This document shows positions 35,501-45,136 of a stretch of DNA of 53,947 nt, one piece after another. Numbering within the stretch: position 1 is the stretch's first letter; each line of letters starts with the position of its first letter. Origin of the DNA: Nitrososphaeraceae archaeon (GTDB lineage: Archaea; Thermoproteota; Nitrososphaeria; Nitrososphaerales; Nitrososphaeraceae); the NCBI GenBank assembly GCA_025924135.1, contig JAICEO010000001.1, positions 1-53,947 on the forward strand, given 5' to 3'. The position numbers were made by a program, and so were the translations under genes. Under the pieces are notes generated by a model. The model made no database searches, had not been told where the DNA came from, and was given only the letters and a program-made list of their open reading frames with translations.

Positions 35501-36777
35501 AACATTTCATTCCTTGGATCTGTAATTTTTCCATTTATAGCTGCTGCAGCGACTACTATAGGAGATGCCAAATATGTTTGTGATTCAACGTGCCCCATTC
35601 TTCCAGGGAAATTTCTGTTAGTAGTGCTGATACAAATTTCATCTTTTGCAAGTACACCCATATGTGCACCACAACAAGCACCACATGTGGGGGGACCAAC
35701 AACTGCTCCTGCCTCCAAGAATATGCTTACCAAGCCTTCTTTAATTGCTTTGAAATAAATTGACTGAGCAGCAGGAAGAACTTCTGTTCTAATTTTAACA
35801 TGTTTTCCTTTCAGGATCTTGGCTACCATCCTTAAATCTTCTAATTTTGCACCAGTACATGAACCGATATAAGCTTTATCTATTGATCTACCCTCTAGAT
35901 CCCCTACAGTACAAATATTTTCGGGTGAAAATGGTTTAGCTATAATAGGATCTAAATTTTCGATATCATATGTAATTGTATCACTATAGGAAGCGTCAAA
36001 GTCTCCTTTTACTGGGGAAAATTTCTTGTCAGTACGGGTCTTGAGATATTCAAATGTAGTCTCATCAGGCTCAATAATTCCGTTTTTAGCTCCAGCTTCA
36101 GTACTCATATTAGTAAGTGTTAATCTTTCTTCCATAGACAATCTATCCACAGTCTCACCAGCAAATTGCATTGCTTTATAATTTGCACCATCGGTACCGA
36201 TATCACCTATTATCTTCAATATTATATCTTTTGCCATAATGTATTCAGGTTTATTTCCATTTATTTTGAAAAGAATTGTTTCCGGGACTTTAAACCATAT
36301 TTTTCCATACATTAATACATATGCTATATCGGTGTGACCCAATCCGACAGCAAGGGAGCCCATTGCACCTGTAGTATTTGTATGCGAGTCGCCACCTACA
36401 TAAATCTCTCCAGGTAAAACTAATCCTTCTTCATGTGATAACGTATGACAAATTCCGTATTGACCTAAACCATATTTAAAATGTTTTTTTATGTTATATT
36501 TTTTGGTCCAGTTAGTCAATAAGGTAATATTATTTGCAGAAATCCTATCAGAAGCTGGAACAAAATGATCTTCACTTATCCAGACTCGATCAGGGTTCCA
36601 AATGTGATCAAGATTTATACCCTTTTTTTCCCATTCTGAAAAAACTTTAATTACACCTGGGCCAGATACATCATGAACCATAACTTTATCGATATTTGCT
36701 ATGACCACATCATCTGGTGAAACCATATTTTTATTGGATGCTCTAGCTAAAATTTTTTCAGTAATAGTCATTCCCAT
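35497..36777 (-). CDS. Homoaconitase/3-isopropylmalate dehydratase large subunit
   Basis: DSHT, IGSCT, CGACCG, STTNRNFPGRMG; probable start is ATG 36777 (MGMTITEK). Confidence 0.94.
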   Translation of the reverse strand: MGMTITEKILARASNKNMVSPDDVVIANIDKVMVHDVSGPGVIKVFSEWEKKGINLDHIWNPDRVWISEDHFVPASDRISANNITLLTNWTKKYNIKKHFKYGLGQYGICHTLSHEEGLVLPGEIYVGGDSHTNTTGAMGSLAVGLGHTDIAYVLMYGKIWFKVPETILFKINGNKPEYIMAKDIILKIIGDIGTDGANYKAMQFAGETVDRLSMEERLTLTNMSTEAGAKNGIIEPDETTFEYLKTRTDKKFSPVKGDFDASYSDTITYDIENLDPIIAKPFSPENICTVGDLEGRSIDKAYIGSCTGAKLEDLRMVAKILKGKHVKIRTEVLPAAQSIYFKAIKEGLVSIFLEAGAVVGPPTCGACCGAHMGVLAKDEICISTTNRNFPGRMGHVESQTYLASPIVVAAAAINGKITDPRNEML

Positions 36778-36861
36778 TTCGTTATAACTAAATAAAGTTA
36801 TCAATTCGCGAATAAAAACGTTCTACAAAACTAATAATGTGCTATTTATTAAATAATCCTA

Positions 36862-37626
36862 TTGATATATGTAAAGTCTATTAAAATTAAAACTAAAAAA
36901 AAAAAATTTAATCTCTTTGATACTATAATATCGTCAAAGTGTAAGTTCAAAGATGGTGATGTTCTGGTATTATCGAGTAAATTCGTTGCAATGAGCGAGG
37001 GATCGATATTAGATCTTCGAACAATTAGACCTAGCTCTAATGCCAAAAAGCTAGCCAAAACTTATCAAATGGAACCAACATTTGTAGAAGTGGTAATTAG
37101 AGAATCAGATGTTATTTTTGGAGGGTTACCTGGATTCTTATTAACTATAAAAAATGGAATTTTAGCCCCTAATGCAGGGATTGATAGATCTAATATACCA
37201 TTACATAAAATTATATGTCTTCCATTCGATCCATTTCTCTCTGCTGAAAATTTGCGGTTGGAGTTTCTTGTACGCTCAGGAATAAAGGTAGGTATTGTAA
37301 TTTCAGATAGTAGGTTAATGCCTACACGGATTGGTACTACGGGTGTAGCAATAGCATGTTCGGGAATAGAACCAGTAGAAGATCAACGGGGAAAAAAAGA
37401 TCTTTTTGGGCATATTATGAAATATACACTGAAAGCAACAGCAGATTCTTTAGCAACAATAGGTACATTTGTTATGGGTGAAAGTAATGAATCAGTTCCT
37501 CTTGTGGTGATACGAGGTTCAAATGTTTCATTTACTGACAGAAAGTTGTCGTGGAAAGACTTTGCTATAGATTACCAAACAGATCTTTATTTTCGGGGTA
37601 TACATAATTTTAACCCAATTAAATAA
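36862..37626 (+). CDS. cofE: Coenzyme F420-0:L-glutamate ligase
   Basis: SSKFVAMSEG, NAGIDRSN, ISDS, DLFG, MGESNE..P. Confidence 0.9.
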   Translation: MIYVKSIKIKTKKKKFNLFDTIISSKCKFKDGDVLVLSSKFVAMSEGSILDLRTIRPSSNAKKLAKTYQMEPTFVEVVIRESDVIFGGLPGFLLTIKNGILAPNAGIDRSNIPLHKIICLPFDPFLSAENLRLEFLVRSGIKVGIVISDSRLMPTRIGTTGVAIACSGIEPVEDQRGKKDLFGHIMKYTLKATADSLATIGTFVMGESNESVPLVVIRGSNVSFTDRKLSWKDFAIDYQTDLYFRGIHNFNPIK

Positions 37627-37680
37627 TTTTAATTTCATAGCATTTTAATATAGCCCCACATCAAAATTTTCAATAACTAA

Positions 37681-38232
37681 ATGTCTGAATTCCTTACAAG
37701 ATATCCAAAAAAAATGAATTTTTTAAAAGGGTTACAGGAATCTATTAAGTCTGAAGATATCCAGTTTGATCATCTTAGTTTATTAGTTAAAATAAAGAAA
37801 GATGATATCATAAGAACTCTTATCTTGGAGGGATTTTCCAAAGTTAAATTTGAAAATAGAAAACCAGGACAAATAGGTAATGGATTTTCAAAAAAGTTAA
37901 AGAAACCTTGGGAAATACATGTTCGCTTATTAGATATGCAACAGGGCTTAATTGCAATTCAAGGGGAAGTAGAAATTTCCAGAAGATATATTCAGCATAT
38001 TCGATCGGTGCGCGCCCCAGTAATATATGAAATTGAATCTATTCTAAAGAAACATAGAATCGAATATAAAATCTGGAATGATAAAGTACGTGATTATATA
38101 ACAAATATTATCGATAATCATCAAATAATTTTGAATTCACCAAAATTACCTGCAATGCCGTGGTTGTTAATGATCATCTTTGGTTCTATGATTGGTTCGT
38201 TACATGGACTGAAACTCCTTGGTATTTTTTAA
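37681..38232 (+). CDS. Hypothetical protein with C-terminal membrane anchor
   Basis: PWEIHVRL...EVEISR.Y.QH core, hydrophobic C-terminus. Confidence 0.75.
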   Translation: MSEFLTRYPKKMNFLKGLQESIKSEDIQFDHLSLLVKIKKDDIIRTLILEGFSKVKFENRKPGQIGNGFSKKLKKPWEIHVRLLDMQQGLIAIQGEVEISRRYIQHIRSVRAPVIYEIESILKKHRIEYKIWNDKVRDYITNIIDNHQIILNSPKLPAMPWLLMIIFGSMIGSLHGLKLLGIF

Positions 38233-38282
38233 ATAAAGAAATTCTTTTATGATCTTAAATTGTTAATATTTATAATCAAACA

Positions 38283-39404
38283 ATGGGAATTCCAGAGAAA
38301 ATCAAAGAAATAGAAGATGAAATTCACAAAACCCAAATCAACAAAGCCACCGAATTCCACATTGGAATTTTAAAAGCAAAGATTGCTAAACTAAAACGGG
38401 AACTCGAAGAAAATAGGCATGGAAAGACTGTCTCTAGCGGTAAAGGTAGTTCTGGATATGACGTTAGAAAAGAAGGAGATGCGACTGTCGTTCTGATTGG
38501 ATTTCCAAGTGTTGGAAAATCTACTCTTTTAAACTGTTTAACTAATGCTAATTCAAAGATTGCATCTTATCAGTTTACTACACTCACAGCTATTCCTGGT
38601 ATGATGGAATACAGAGGAGCAAAAATACAGGTCATTGACTTACCAGGAATCATTAAAGGTGCAGCTTCGGGAAAAGGAATGGGTAAAAAAGTTCTCTCTG
38701 TGGCTAGAAATGCAGATTTAGTATTAATTGTTGTTGATGTATTCCAACCAAAACATTTTTCTATATTAGTAAAAGAATTATCAGAAATAGGTATAAAAGT
38801 AAATAAAAAACCACCTAATGTTCATATACATAAAACTGAAAAAGGAGGAATTTCAGTGAGTATAGACCAAGATTCACAAATTTCAGAATCCATGGTGAGA
38901 GAGATGAGTAGAATTTATGGAATACACAATGGCAGAATTACAATAAGAGATTCTAACTTGACTCCAGATGATCTAATTGATGCGTTAGCCGGAAACAGAG
39001 TATATCCTCATTGTATAATTGTTTTAAATAAAATAGATCTCATAGATACGGCTACATTGAATGGTATGATACCTTTCCTAGGCGAAGACGTTGAACCAGT
39101 ATCTGCAAATTCTAATCTGAATATTGAAATGCTCAAGGAATCGATCTTTAACAAATTGGAATTCATGAGAATATACATGAGACCAAAAGGAAAAGAAACA
39201 GATTATGCAGAGCCGTTAATTGTAAGAAAAGGAACAAAAGTTAGAGATATTTGTACTAAATTACATAGAAATATGCTGCGTGACTTTAGATTTGCATTGG
39301 TTTCAGGAAAAAGTGCAAAATTTGAAGGACAAAAAGTAGGACTTGAGCATGAATTGTTAGATCAAGATGTTTTAACAATCATTAAGAAGATAAACGCTAT
39401 ATAG
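38283..39404 (+). CDS. DRG-subfamily OBG GTPase with TGS domain
   Basis: TQINKATEFH, GFPSVGKST, FTTL, DLPG, NKID, C-terminal TGS. Confidence 0.95.
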   Translation: MGIPEKIKEIEDEIHKTQINKATEFHIGILKAKIAKLKRELEENRHGKTVSSGKGSSGYDVRKEGDATVVLIGFPSVGKSTLLNCLTNANSKIASYQFTTLTAIPGMMEYRGAKIQVIDLPGIIKGAASGKGMGKKVLSVARNADLVLIVVDVFQPKHFSILVKELSEIGIKVNKKPPNVHIHKTEKGGISVSIDQDSQISESMVREMSRIYGIHNGRITIRDSNLTPDDLIDALAGNRVYPHCIIVLNKIDLIDTATLNGMIPFLGEDVEPVSANSNLNIEMLKESIFNKLEFMRIYMRPKGKETDYAEPLIVRKGTKVRDICTKLHRNMLRDFRFALVSGKSAKFEGQKVGLEHELLDQDVLTIIKKINAI

Positions 39405-39410
39405 TTATCT

Positions 39411-39953
39411 CTAAATAGGATCCTTACCGTCGAGTTTACCTTTCTCTTCATTCTTCTTTTTCATATTCGTGTAAATCAGAATACCAATTATTCCAACTAT
39501 TATTATATAATTTACAGGTGGATTAAGATATTTCAAAACTAATCCAACCTTGGGAACGGTGTATGCAACGGTACCAATGTAATCTTTTTCGCGAATGGGA
39601 AAGTCTGTACCTGGTATTATACCATCGTTTGCATCACCCTTTGTTACTATGACTTTTTCTCCAAATCTATCACTTATCTCGATAATTCGATGAACGATAA
39701 CTCTGTCACCGCCTTGAGGCCTATTAAAAACGATAATATCGCCAACTTTTAAGCTATTAAAGGTATTTCCATCTTTTACTATTAAAATATCACCTACATT
39801 AAGAACAGGAATCATGCTACCACTGGAGACAACATAAAAAGGATTATCAACATTGAATACAACTTTGACAGCGAACCATATCAAAACTACACCAATAACG
39901 ATTATTGCGATATCTTTTATAATGCTATATTTTTTGTCCTTATTTTCAAGCAA
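39411..39953 (-). CDS. sec11: Signal peptidase I (archaeal Sec11 type)
   Basis: SGSMIP, GDI, IVHRI, TKGDAN. Confidence 0.93.
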   Translation of the reverse strand: MLENKDKKYSIIKDIAIIVIGVVLIWFAVKVVFNVDNPFYVVSSGSMIPVLNVGDILIVKDGNTFNSLKVGDIIVFNRPQGGDRVIVHRIIEISDRFGEKVIVTKGDANDGIIPGTDFPIREKDYIGTVAYTVPKVGLVLKYLNPPVNYIIIVGIIGILIYTNMKKKNEEKGKLDGKDPI

Positions 39954-40010
39954 TTCTAATTAAATTTCAATTTATTTGTTACATAAACTTTTAGATTAAA
40001 TGTTATATAT

Positions 40011-40076
40011 GGCAGCTCAGTCAAATGCCTTTATTACATGTGGTTTCAATATTAACTCTGATTCTTCATAGCTGCC
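40011..40076 (-). ncRNA. Candidate double-guide C/D-box sRNA directed at 23S rRNA H69-H71
   Basis: Minus strand GGCAGC-T-ATGAAGA(C)-ATCAGAGTTAATA-TTGA(D')-AACCAC-ATGTAA(C'?)-TAAAGGCATTTGA-CTGA(D)-GCTGCC; perfect 6-bp terminal stem; guides complementary to UAACUCUGA and CAAAUGCCUU. Confidence 0.85.
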
Positions 40077-40098
40077 TAAGTAATAAATCTGAAGCTGA

Positions 40099-40494
40099 TT
40101 AATTAACATGATAGTCTATTGCTTTCTTTGCAACTAAATCTGCAGCTGTATTTTTTTCCCTCGGGATATATTTGTAAGAAATTTCGGTGAATTTTTTTTC
40201 TAAATTATTAATTTCCCTGGAAAGAATTTTCAATTCTTTTTTTCTAATTCTTATTTTGGCTTTCCTTTGTTGTACTATTGTCATACTATCTGTGTGGATC
40301 TCAATTCTCTTATCAATTAGCAATGCCAATTGCAATGCTCTTTTCAAGGCTAGATATTCAGATAAGAGATTTGTATGAAAGCCTATAAATTCGCCATAAT
40401 TTAATATTAAGAAATTATTTCGGAATATTATTATCCCTATACCAGAAGGCCCAGGATTGCCTTTCGAAGAGCCGTCAATATGGACAAATAGCAA
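40099..40494 (-). CDS. rnhA: Ribonuclease HI family protein
   Basis: DGSSKGNPG, TN...EY.AL, TDS, IPREKN..AD. Confidence 0.88.
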   Translation of the reverse strand: MLFVHIDGSSKGNPGPSGIGIIIFRNNFLILNYGEFIGFHTNLLSEYLALKRALQLALLIDKRIEIHTDSMTIVQQRKAKIRIRKKELKILSREINNLEKKFTEISYKYIPREKNTAADLVAKKAIDYHVN

Positions 40495-40891
40495 GAGATA
40501 AAAATATAGTAAATAAACTAATTAATATTTTTCATTTCTCTTTTGACAATTTTACTAATATTACTTTAATTATACCCCAAGGTAAAATTAATTCATCGAA
40601 GAAAATAGTTGTGACAACAAATTTGATGTACACTTTAATAAGGTTAGTCGTAAGCCATAAATTACAGAAAAATGAAAGCACATTCAAAACTTTAAGAATG
40701 AAGTACGAATAGTGTGATATGTATTAAAGATATTGCGATATTTAATTCCATATTTGATGTTTATTGAGTAAAAAAGCTGATGAAAAAAATCAATGTCCAA
40801 AGGAAATTGTGAAGTTATTTTTAAGGTTGTATCATAATTAGATTATAACTATAGTAGAAGGTAGAAAGACTCTAATATTGAAATTCCACGA

Positions 40892-41476
40892 ATGTATTTT
40901 ACAATGCCCAAACGCCGGTTCAAGCCGACAAAACCTGCAAAAAAAATAGGGAAAAAACAATTACTATTACCACCAGTTATGATAGGTGTGGCAACATTTG
41001 CAGGCATTATAATAATGCAATTATCGCCTCCTCCCCAAGTCTTGGGCATTTGCTTGAAGGCTCATAATATTGAAACTTTTAGCATATATCCAGTAGTACA
41101 GATTTTTGAAGATGGTATGCAAAAATTTCTTCCTAAGGATGTGGGGAAGGATATAAAAGATGGAAAAGAATGTATTCATATCATTCATACAGATGAAGTA
41201 GGCGACAAAATACATATTGAGTATATTCGACCCATTAGGCTTACGATAGAAGATTTTATGCAAATTTATTCAACTGATAATAAAACAATAACTGTAATTA
41301 ATAACCAAACAGGATCATTAAATAAAGAAATACTCACCTTAGATAATTACGATATCCAATATTCTTATTTCTCGGAAAATAATGAATTTACAAAGATTTC
41401 TAATTCTACATTGATGCCACCTTTTACTAAGGATATGGTGGTAAAAATTGAGTTAACAACCAAAATGCAAAAATAA
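40892..41476 (+). CDS. Membrane-anchored hypothetical protein
   Basis: Basic N-terminus, one TM, C...C.H.IHTD...IHIE motif. Confidence 0.75.
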   Translation: MYFTMPKRRFKPTKPAKKIGKKQLLLPPVMIGVATFAGIIIMQLSPPPQVLGICLKAHNIETFSIYPVVQIFEDGMQKFLPKDVGKDIKDGKECIHIIHTDEVGDKIHIEYIRPIRLTIEDFMQIYSTDNKTITVINNQTGSLNKEILTLDNYDIQYSYFSENNEFTKISNSTLMPPFTKDMVVKIELTTKMQK

Positions 41477-41538
41477 GAAATGGCTTTCGATCCACATAAT
41501 ATATAAATAGAAACGTTCAAGTCAGACTTTGATTCTTT

Positions 41539-42564
41539 TTGGGACAAAAAAAAGCCGTTGTTATAAAGGGAGATGGTACCGGCCCAGAGCTGGTAAAATG
41601 TATGATAGATGTTTTGGAATCATGTAACAGTACCATAGAACTGGTACCTGTGGAAGCTGGATCTGAATTTTGGGAAAAAAATAAAACAGATTCTTATATC
41701 ACTGATGAGGTTTGGAAATTATTAGCCGAAAGTGATGCGTGTTTTAAAGGACCGACTACTACCGTTCCGGATCCACATGCCCCTAGGAGCGTAGCGGTTA
41801 GCATTAGACAGAAATTTGAACTTTATGCCAACATTCGACCAATAAAAACATATAAAACTTCACAGTTAAATCTAAATTTCGTTTGTGTGAGAGAGGCAAC
41901 TGAAGGTTTGTATGCTGGAATAGAATTTAAAACTAGTGATGATTCCGCTGTCGCCATTAGAAAAATAACTCGAAAAGGATGTGAAAGGGTAGTTAAAAAA
42001 GCATTTGAATTAAGTACGGAATTAGATTTTAAAAAAATATTTGTTATTACTAAAAGAAATATTTTAAAAGAAACGGATGGAATATTTGTATCTGCAGTAG
42101 ACAAAATAAAAAAGGATTTTAATAATATAGTAATAGAAGAATATTATATAGATAACGTTACTCAACAATTAGTCAAAAATCCCCAAAGATTCAATGAGAG
42201 TATTTTATTAAGTACTAACTTATTTATGGACATAATATCCGAGTGTGCTTCAGGGCACGTCGGATCAATCGGGAATGTTTATTCTGGAAATTATGGCGAT
42301 AAATATGCCATGTTCGAGCCTGCTCACGGTAGTGCTCCAAAATACGCAGGTCAAGATAAAGTAAATCCCGTAGCCACTATTTGTTCAGCTGCTTGGATGG
42401 AGGAATATTTAGGTGAAAAAGATATATCAAAAGCTATTTTTAAAGCTACTGAAGAAGTGATAAATGAAAATAAATTTGTTACTTATGATTTAGGTGGAAA
42501 TGCTTCACTATCCCAAATGGCAAAACAAATTTCTCAAAGAGCCTCAAGACTATTAAAAAAGTGA
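41539..42564 (+). CDS. Isocitrate/homoisocitrate/isopropylmalate dehydrogenase family
   Basis: GDGTGPE, LYANIRP, REATEGLY, NLFMDIISE, FEPAHGSAP. Confidence 0.93.
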   Translation: MGQKKAVVIKGDGTGPELVKCMIDVLESCNSTIELVPVEAGSEFWEKNKTDSYITDEVWKLLAESDACFKGPTTTVPDPHAPRSVAVSIRQKFELYANIRPIKTYKTSQLNLNFVCVREATEGLYAGIEFKTSDDSAVAIRKITRKGCERVVKKAFELSTELDFKKIFVITKRNILKETDGIFVSAVDKIKKDFNNIVIEEYYIDNVTQQLVKNPQRFNESILLSTNLFMDIISECASGHVGSIGNVYSGNYGDKYAMFEPAHGSAPKYAGQDKVNPVATICSAAWMEEYLGEKDISKAIFKATEEVINENKFVTYDLGGNASLSQMAKQISQRASRLLKK

Positions 42565-42585
42565 TTAGACGACATCAGTAAATAC

Positions 42586-43113
42586 CTAAGGTAGATTTAT
42601 GATGCTTAATTCATATACATAAAGAGTTTCATAAAATATTCTCCTCTTGTTAATTACTTTCCCATTGATTTTTTTTTCAAAAATAAACCTATCTAACTTT
42701 GGAATATCAGATAAAGATGAAACAATTAAAATCATATGCCCGGATTTTGCAAGATTTGATATTGAAGAATGAATGAAATGAATAGTTTTTTCTATACCCG
42801 TTCTTCCTCCATGAATAGTTTTATCATGAAAGCGGTCATTTGGTAAATACGGTGGATTGCTTACAATTAGATCAAACTTACTAACTATTGCTGTTGCAGC
42901 ATCACAACATATAAAAGTTATTTCCGAACTATATTGTTTTTTGCAGTATAATACAGAATCATAATCGATATCAGTACTTACTACATTTTTGAAATTTTCT
43001 AAGAGAAAGTTAGAAACGATTCCTGTTCCTGTTCCAATTTCAAGTGCTGATTCTCCAGAATAGTCTTTAAGGGAATCAATTAATAAAAAACTATCCACAT
43101 CAGGAAGGTACAT
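42586..43113 (-). CDS. HemK/PrmC-related SAM methyltransferase
   Basis: Y.P..DSFLL, LEIGTGTG, NPPY. Confidence 0.88.
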   Translation of the reverse strand: MYLPDVDSFLLIDSLKDYSGESALEIGTGTGIVSNFLLENFKNVVSTDIDYDSVLYCKKQYSSEITFICCDAATAIVSKFDLIVSNPPYLPNDRFHDKTIHGGRTGIEKTIHFIHSSISNLAKSGHMILIVSSLSDIPKLDRFIFEKKINGKVINKRRIFYETLYVYELSIINLP

Positions 43114-43135
43114 TTTAAGTTATTTCAAATCTGGC

Positions 43136-43849
43136 TTAAATGAGTTTAGTAAGATCTATTATTTTTTCTGGTTCCATTTCTTTTACTCTTAAATCTATTT
43201 CATTAAAATTAATTTTAAGTTTATTATTCAATTTACTTATTTTTTTATTTTTAAATGAAAAAATAAAAAAGATTTTAGAAATTGTATCCTTTGACAGTAT
43301 ATTATTTTTTGATGTTAATTTTATTACCTCGGAATCAACAGTTGGTGCAGGGTAAAAGGATTTTTTATCTACTTTGAACAACGGTTGGATATCAAAACAA
43401 TATTGTATTATAGCAGATAGTGCTCTATATTTTTTTTCGCCGGATTTAGACTGGATTTTTTGGCTAAACTCCTCTTGAACCATTATAGTAGCACGAGGAA
43501 CCTTTTTTGTGGCTAACCATAAAAATATCTCTTTGCTTTTAGAATATGGGATATTAGAAATAAAAACGTCAAAGTTCAAAGGCCTCATATATTTTAAAAG
43601 ATCTGCATTTATAATACTTAGATTATGAAACTTTGATTGTAAAATTTTAATTTCATTATATAATCTCTTATTTACTTCAAAGGATTTTACATTTCTGGCA
43701 TTTTTACATAAATAAGGTATAAGTACCCCTTTTCCTGTACCCATTTCACAAACATCTTCAAAAGGTTTTATATCTGATAAACCTATTATTTTTTCTGCTA
43801 CGTTTAAATCAACAAGAAAATTTTGTCCGTAATACTTCCTCCAATTCAT
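43136..43849 (-). CDS. ksgA: 16S rRNA adenine dimethyltransferase
   Basis: GQNFL, E.GTGKG, SNIPY, MVQEEF, FYPAPTVDS. Confidence 0.92.
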   Translation of the reverse strand: MNWRKYYGQNFLVDLNVAEKIIGLSDIKPFEDVCEMGTGKGVLIPYLCKNARNVKSFEVNKRLYNEIKILQSKFHNLSIINADLLKYMRPLNFDVFISNIPYSKSKEIFLWLATKKVPRATIMVQEEFSQKIQSKSGEKKYRALSAIIQYCFDIQPLFKVDKKSFYPAPTVDSEVIKLTSKNNILSKDTISKIFFIFSFKNKKISKLNNKLKINFNEIDLRVKEMEPEKIIDLTKLI

Positions 43850-44451
43850 TTTCTCACAAAGAGGTTCATTCTTGTTTCTCCGGAAATTTCTTCGACTATT
43901 CTTTTTGTGATCAACTTCTGTAAATCTTTTACACCAACACGAGTCTGTATGTCATTAAAACTTTCAAACTTTTTCTTCTCTCGTTCAGTAATAATACTTT
44001 TCATATATATCTTACCTATCCCAGGAATTAATTCTAAACCATGGACACGAGGTGTAATGGGTTGAGCATTATTGAAATAATCCACAAACCTTTTTTCTTT
44101 AATAGTAACGATTTTCTCTATTGCGACTGGAATTTCATTTTTTGCAGATACAGAAAGGTCGTTATAATTTAATCTGCCTAAAACACTAATTATTTTGTTT
44201 CGTCCCTCTCTCCCAATATAGGCACGTTCTCCAATCTCAAAATTTTGGGATGGGTCTCCGAGTAACTCTAATAATGTTAATCGTTCTTCTCCAATTGCTT
44301 GTATGATTATTCCTTCTCGCTTTTTTACGGTTGAGGACTTTCCTCTTATTGTAAATTCTATAATGTGAGCATATTCTTCATATCTTCGAGGACCATGAAA
44401 GCTACCGAATGCATTTCCCTTATTTTCTTGATAATGATCCGGCACTGACAT
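43846..44451 (-). CDS. DUF655 putative RNA-binding protein
   Basis: QAIGEERLTLLE, P.TPR.H.LEL.PGIGK; in the archaeal rpl21e-rpo4-DUF655-ksgA context. Confidence 0.9.
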   Translation of the reverse strand: MSVPDHYQENKGNAFGSFHGPRRYEEYAHIIEFTIRGKSSTVKKREGIIIQAIGEERLTLLELLGDPSQNFEIGERAYIGREGRNKIISVLGRLNYNDLSVSAKNEIPVAIEKIVTIKEKRFVDYFNNAQPITPRVHGLELIPGIGKIYMKSIITEREKKKFESFNDIQTRVGVKDLQKLITKRIVEEISGETRMNLFVRK

Positions 44452-44474
44452 AAATCTTCTTCCTTTCGAATGGT

Positions 44475-44798
44475 CTAAGTAGCTTTATTTATAATATCCA
44501 AAATTTTATTTAATGTATCTGTTAAGATCAATTTTTTCCATCCAAATGTAAAAGCCCGTAATTCTTCAATAGACGTGGGCATAGCATTTGCTATTTCTAC
44601 AGCTTCATCTTCCTTTAAATCACATGAGGATACTAGTTCATTTATGATGGCTCTGGAAGCTTGTGAAGACGATTTAGCAAATTTTGAAACATAATCATAA
44701 GTCCATCTCTGAATTTGATCCATTTCTTCTATCTCTACTTTTTCTAAAACATCTTTTACTTCTGAAAGAGATATAACTTCTTTTTTTAATGTTTCCAT
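44475..44798 (-). CDS. rpo4: DNA-directed RNA polymerase subunit F (Rpo4)
   Basis: Q..TYDY..KF, AVEIAN.MP...EELR; gene context. Confidence 0.92.
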   Translation of the reverse strand: METLKKEVISLSEVKDVLEKVEIEEMDQIQRWTYDYVSKFAKSSSQASRAIINELVSSCDLKEDEAVEIANAMPTSIEELRAFTFGWKKLILTDTLNKILDIINKAT

Positions 44799-44809
44799 AC
44801 AAGTCCTTC

Positions 44810-45094
44810 CTAATTAGCTAAAGGTTTTAGATGGTTTCTTTTAGTCTGTAAAATTTTTTCTTTATTGCCTAAAGGAACAGATACTTTAATAATTCTTTTT
44901 CCAATTTCCTTAATTATTCCTATTTTCCCTTGATATCTTCTATGAGGCATTGTATTATGTTCACTAGGATCAATATTAATAATTACTTTATCCCCTATTT
45001 TGTAATCTATTAATAAATAAGAAATACCTCTAAGTATATTACTTTTAGTTAAGATTGATCGTGATTTCCTCTTACTTCCATGTGATCTTGGCAT
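44810..45094 (-). CDS. rpl21e: 50S ribosomal protein L21e
   Basis: MPRSHG, GDKV.I.IDPS.H..MPHRRYQGK. Confidence 0.96.
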   Translation of the reverse strand: MPRSHGSKRKSRSILTKSNILRGISYLLIDYKIGDKVIINIDPSEHNTMPHRRYQGKIGIIKEIGKRIIKVSVPLGNKEKILQTKRNHLKPLAN

Positions 45095-45136
45095 ATTGTA
45101 TCTGAATTACCTCCTTAATTTAACATTAACTGAAAG

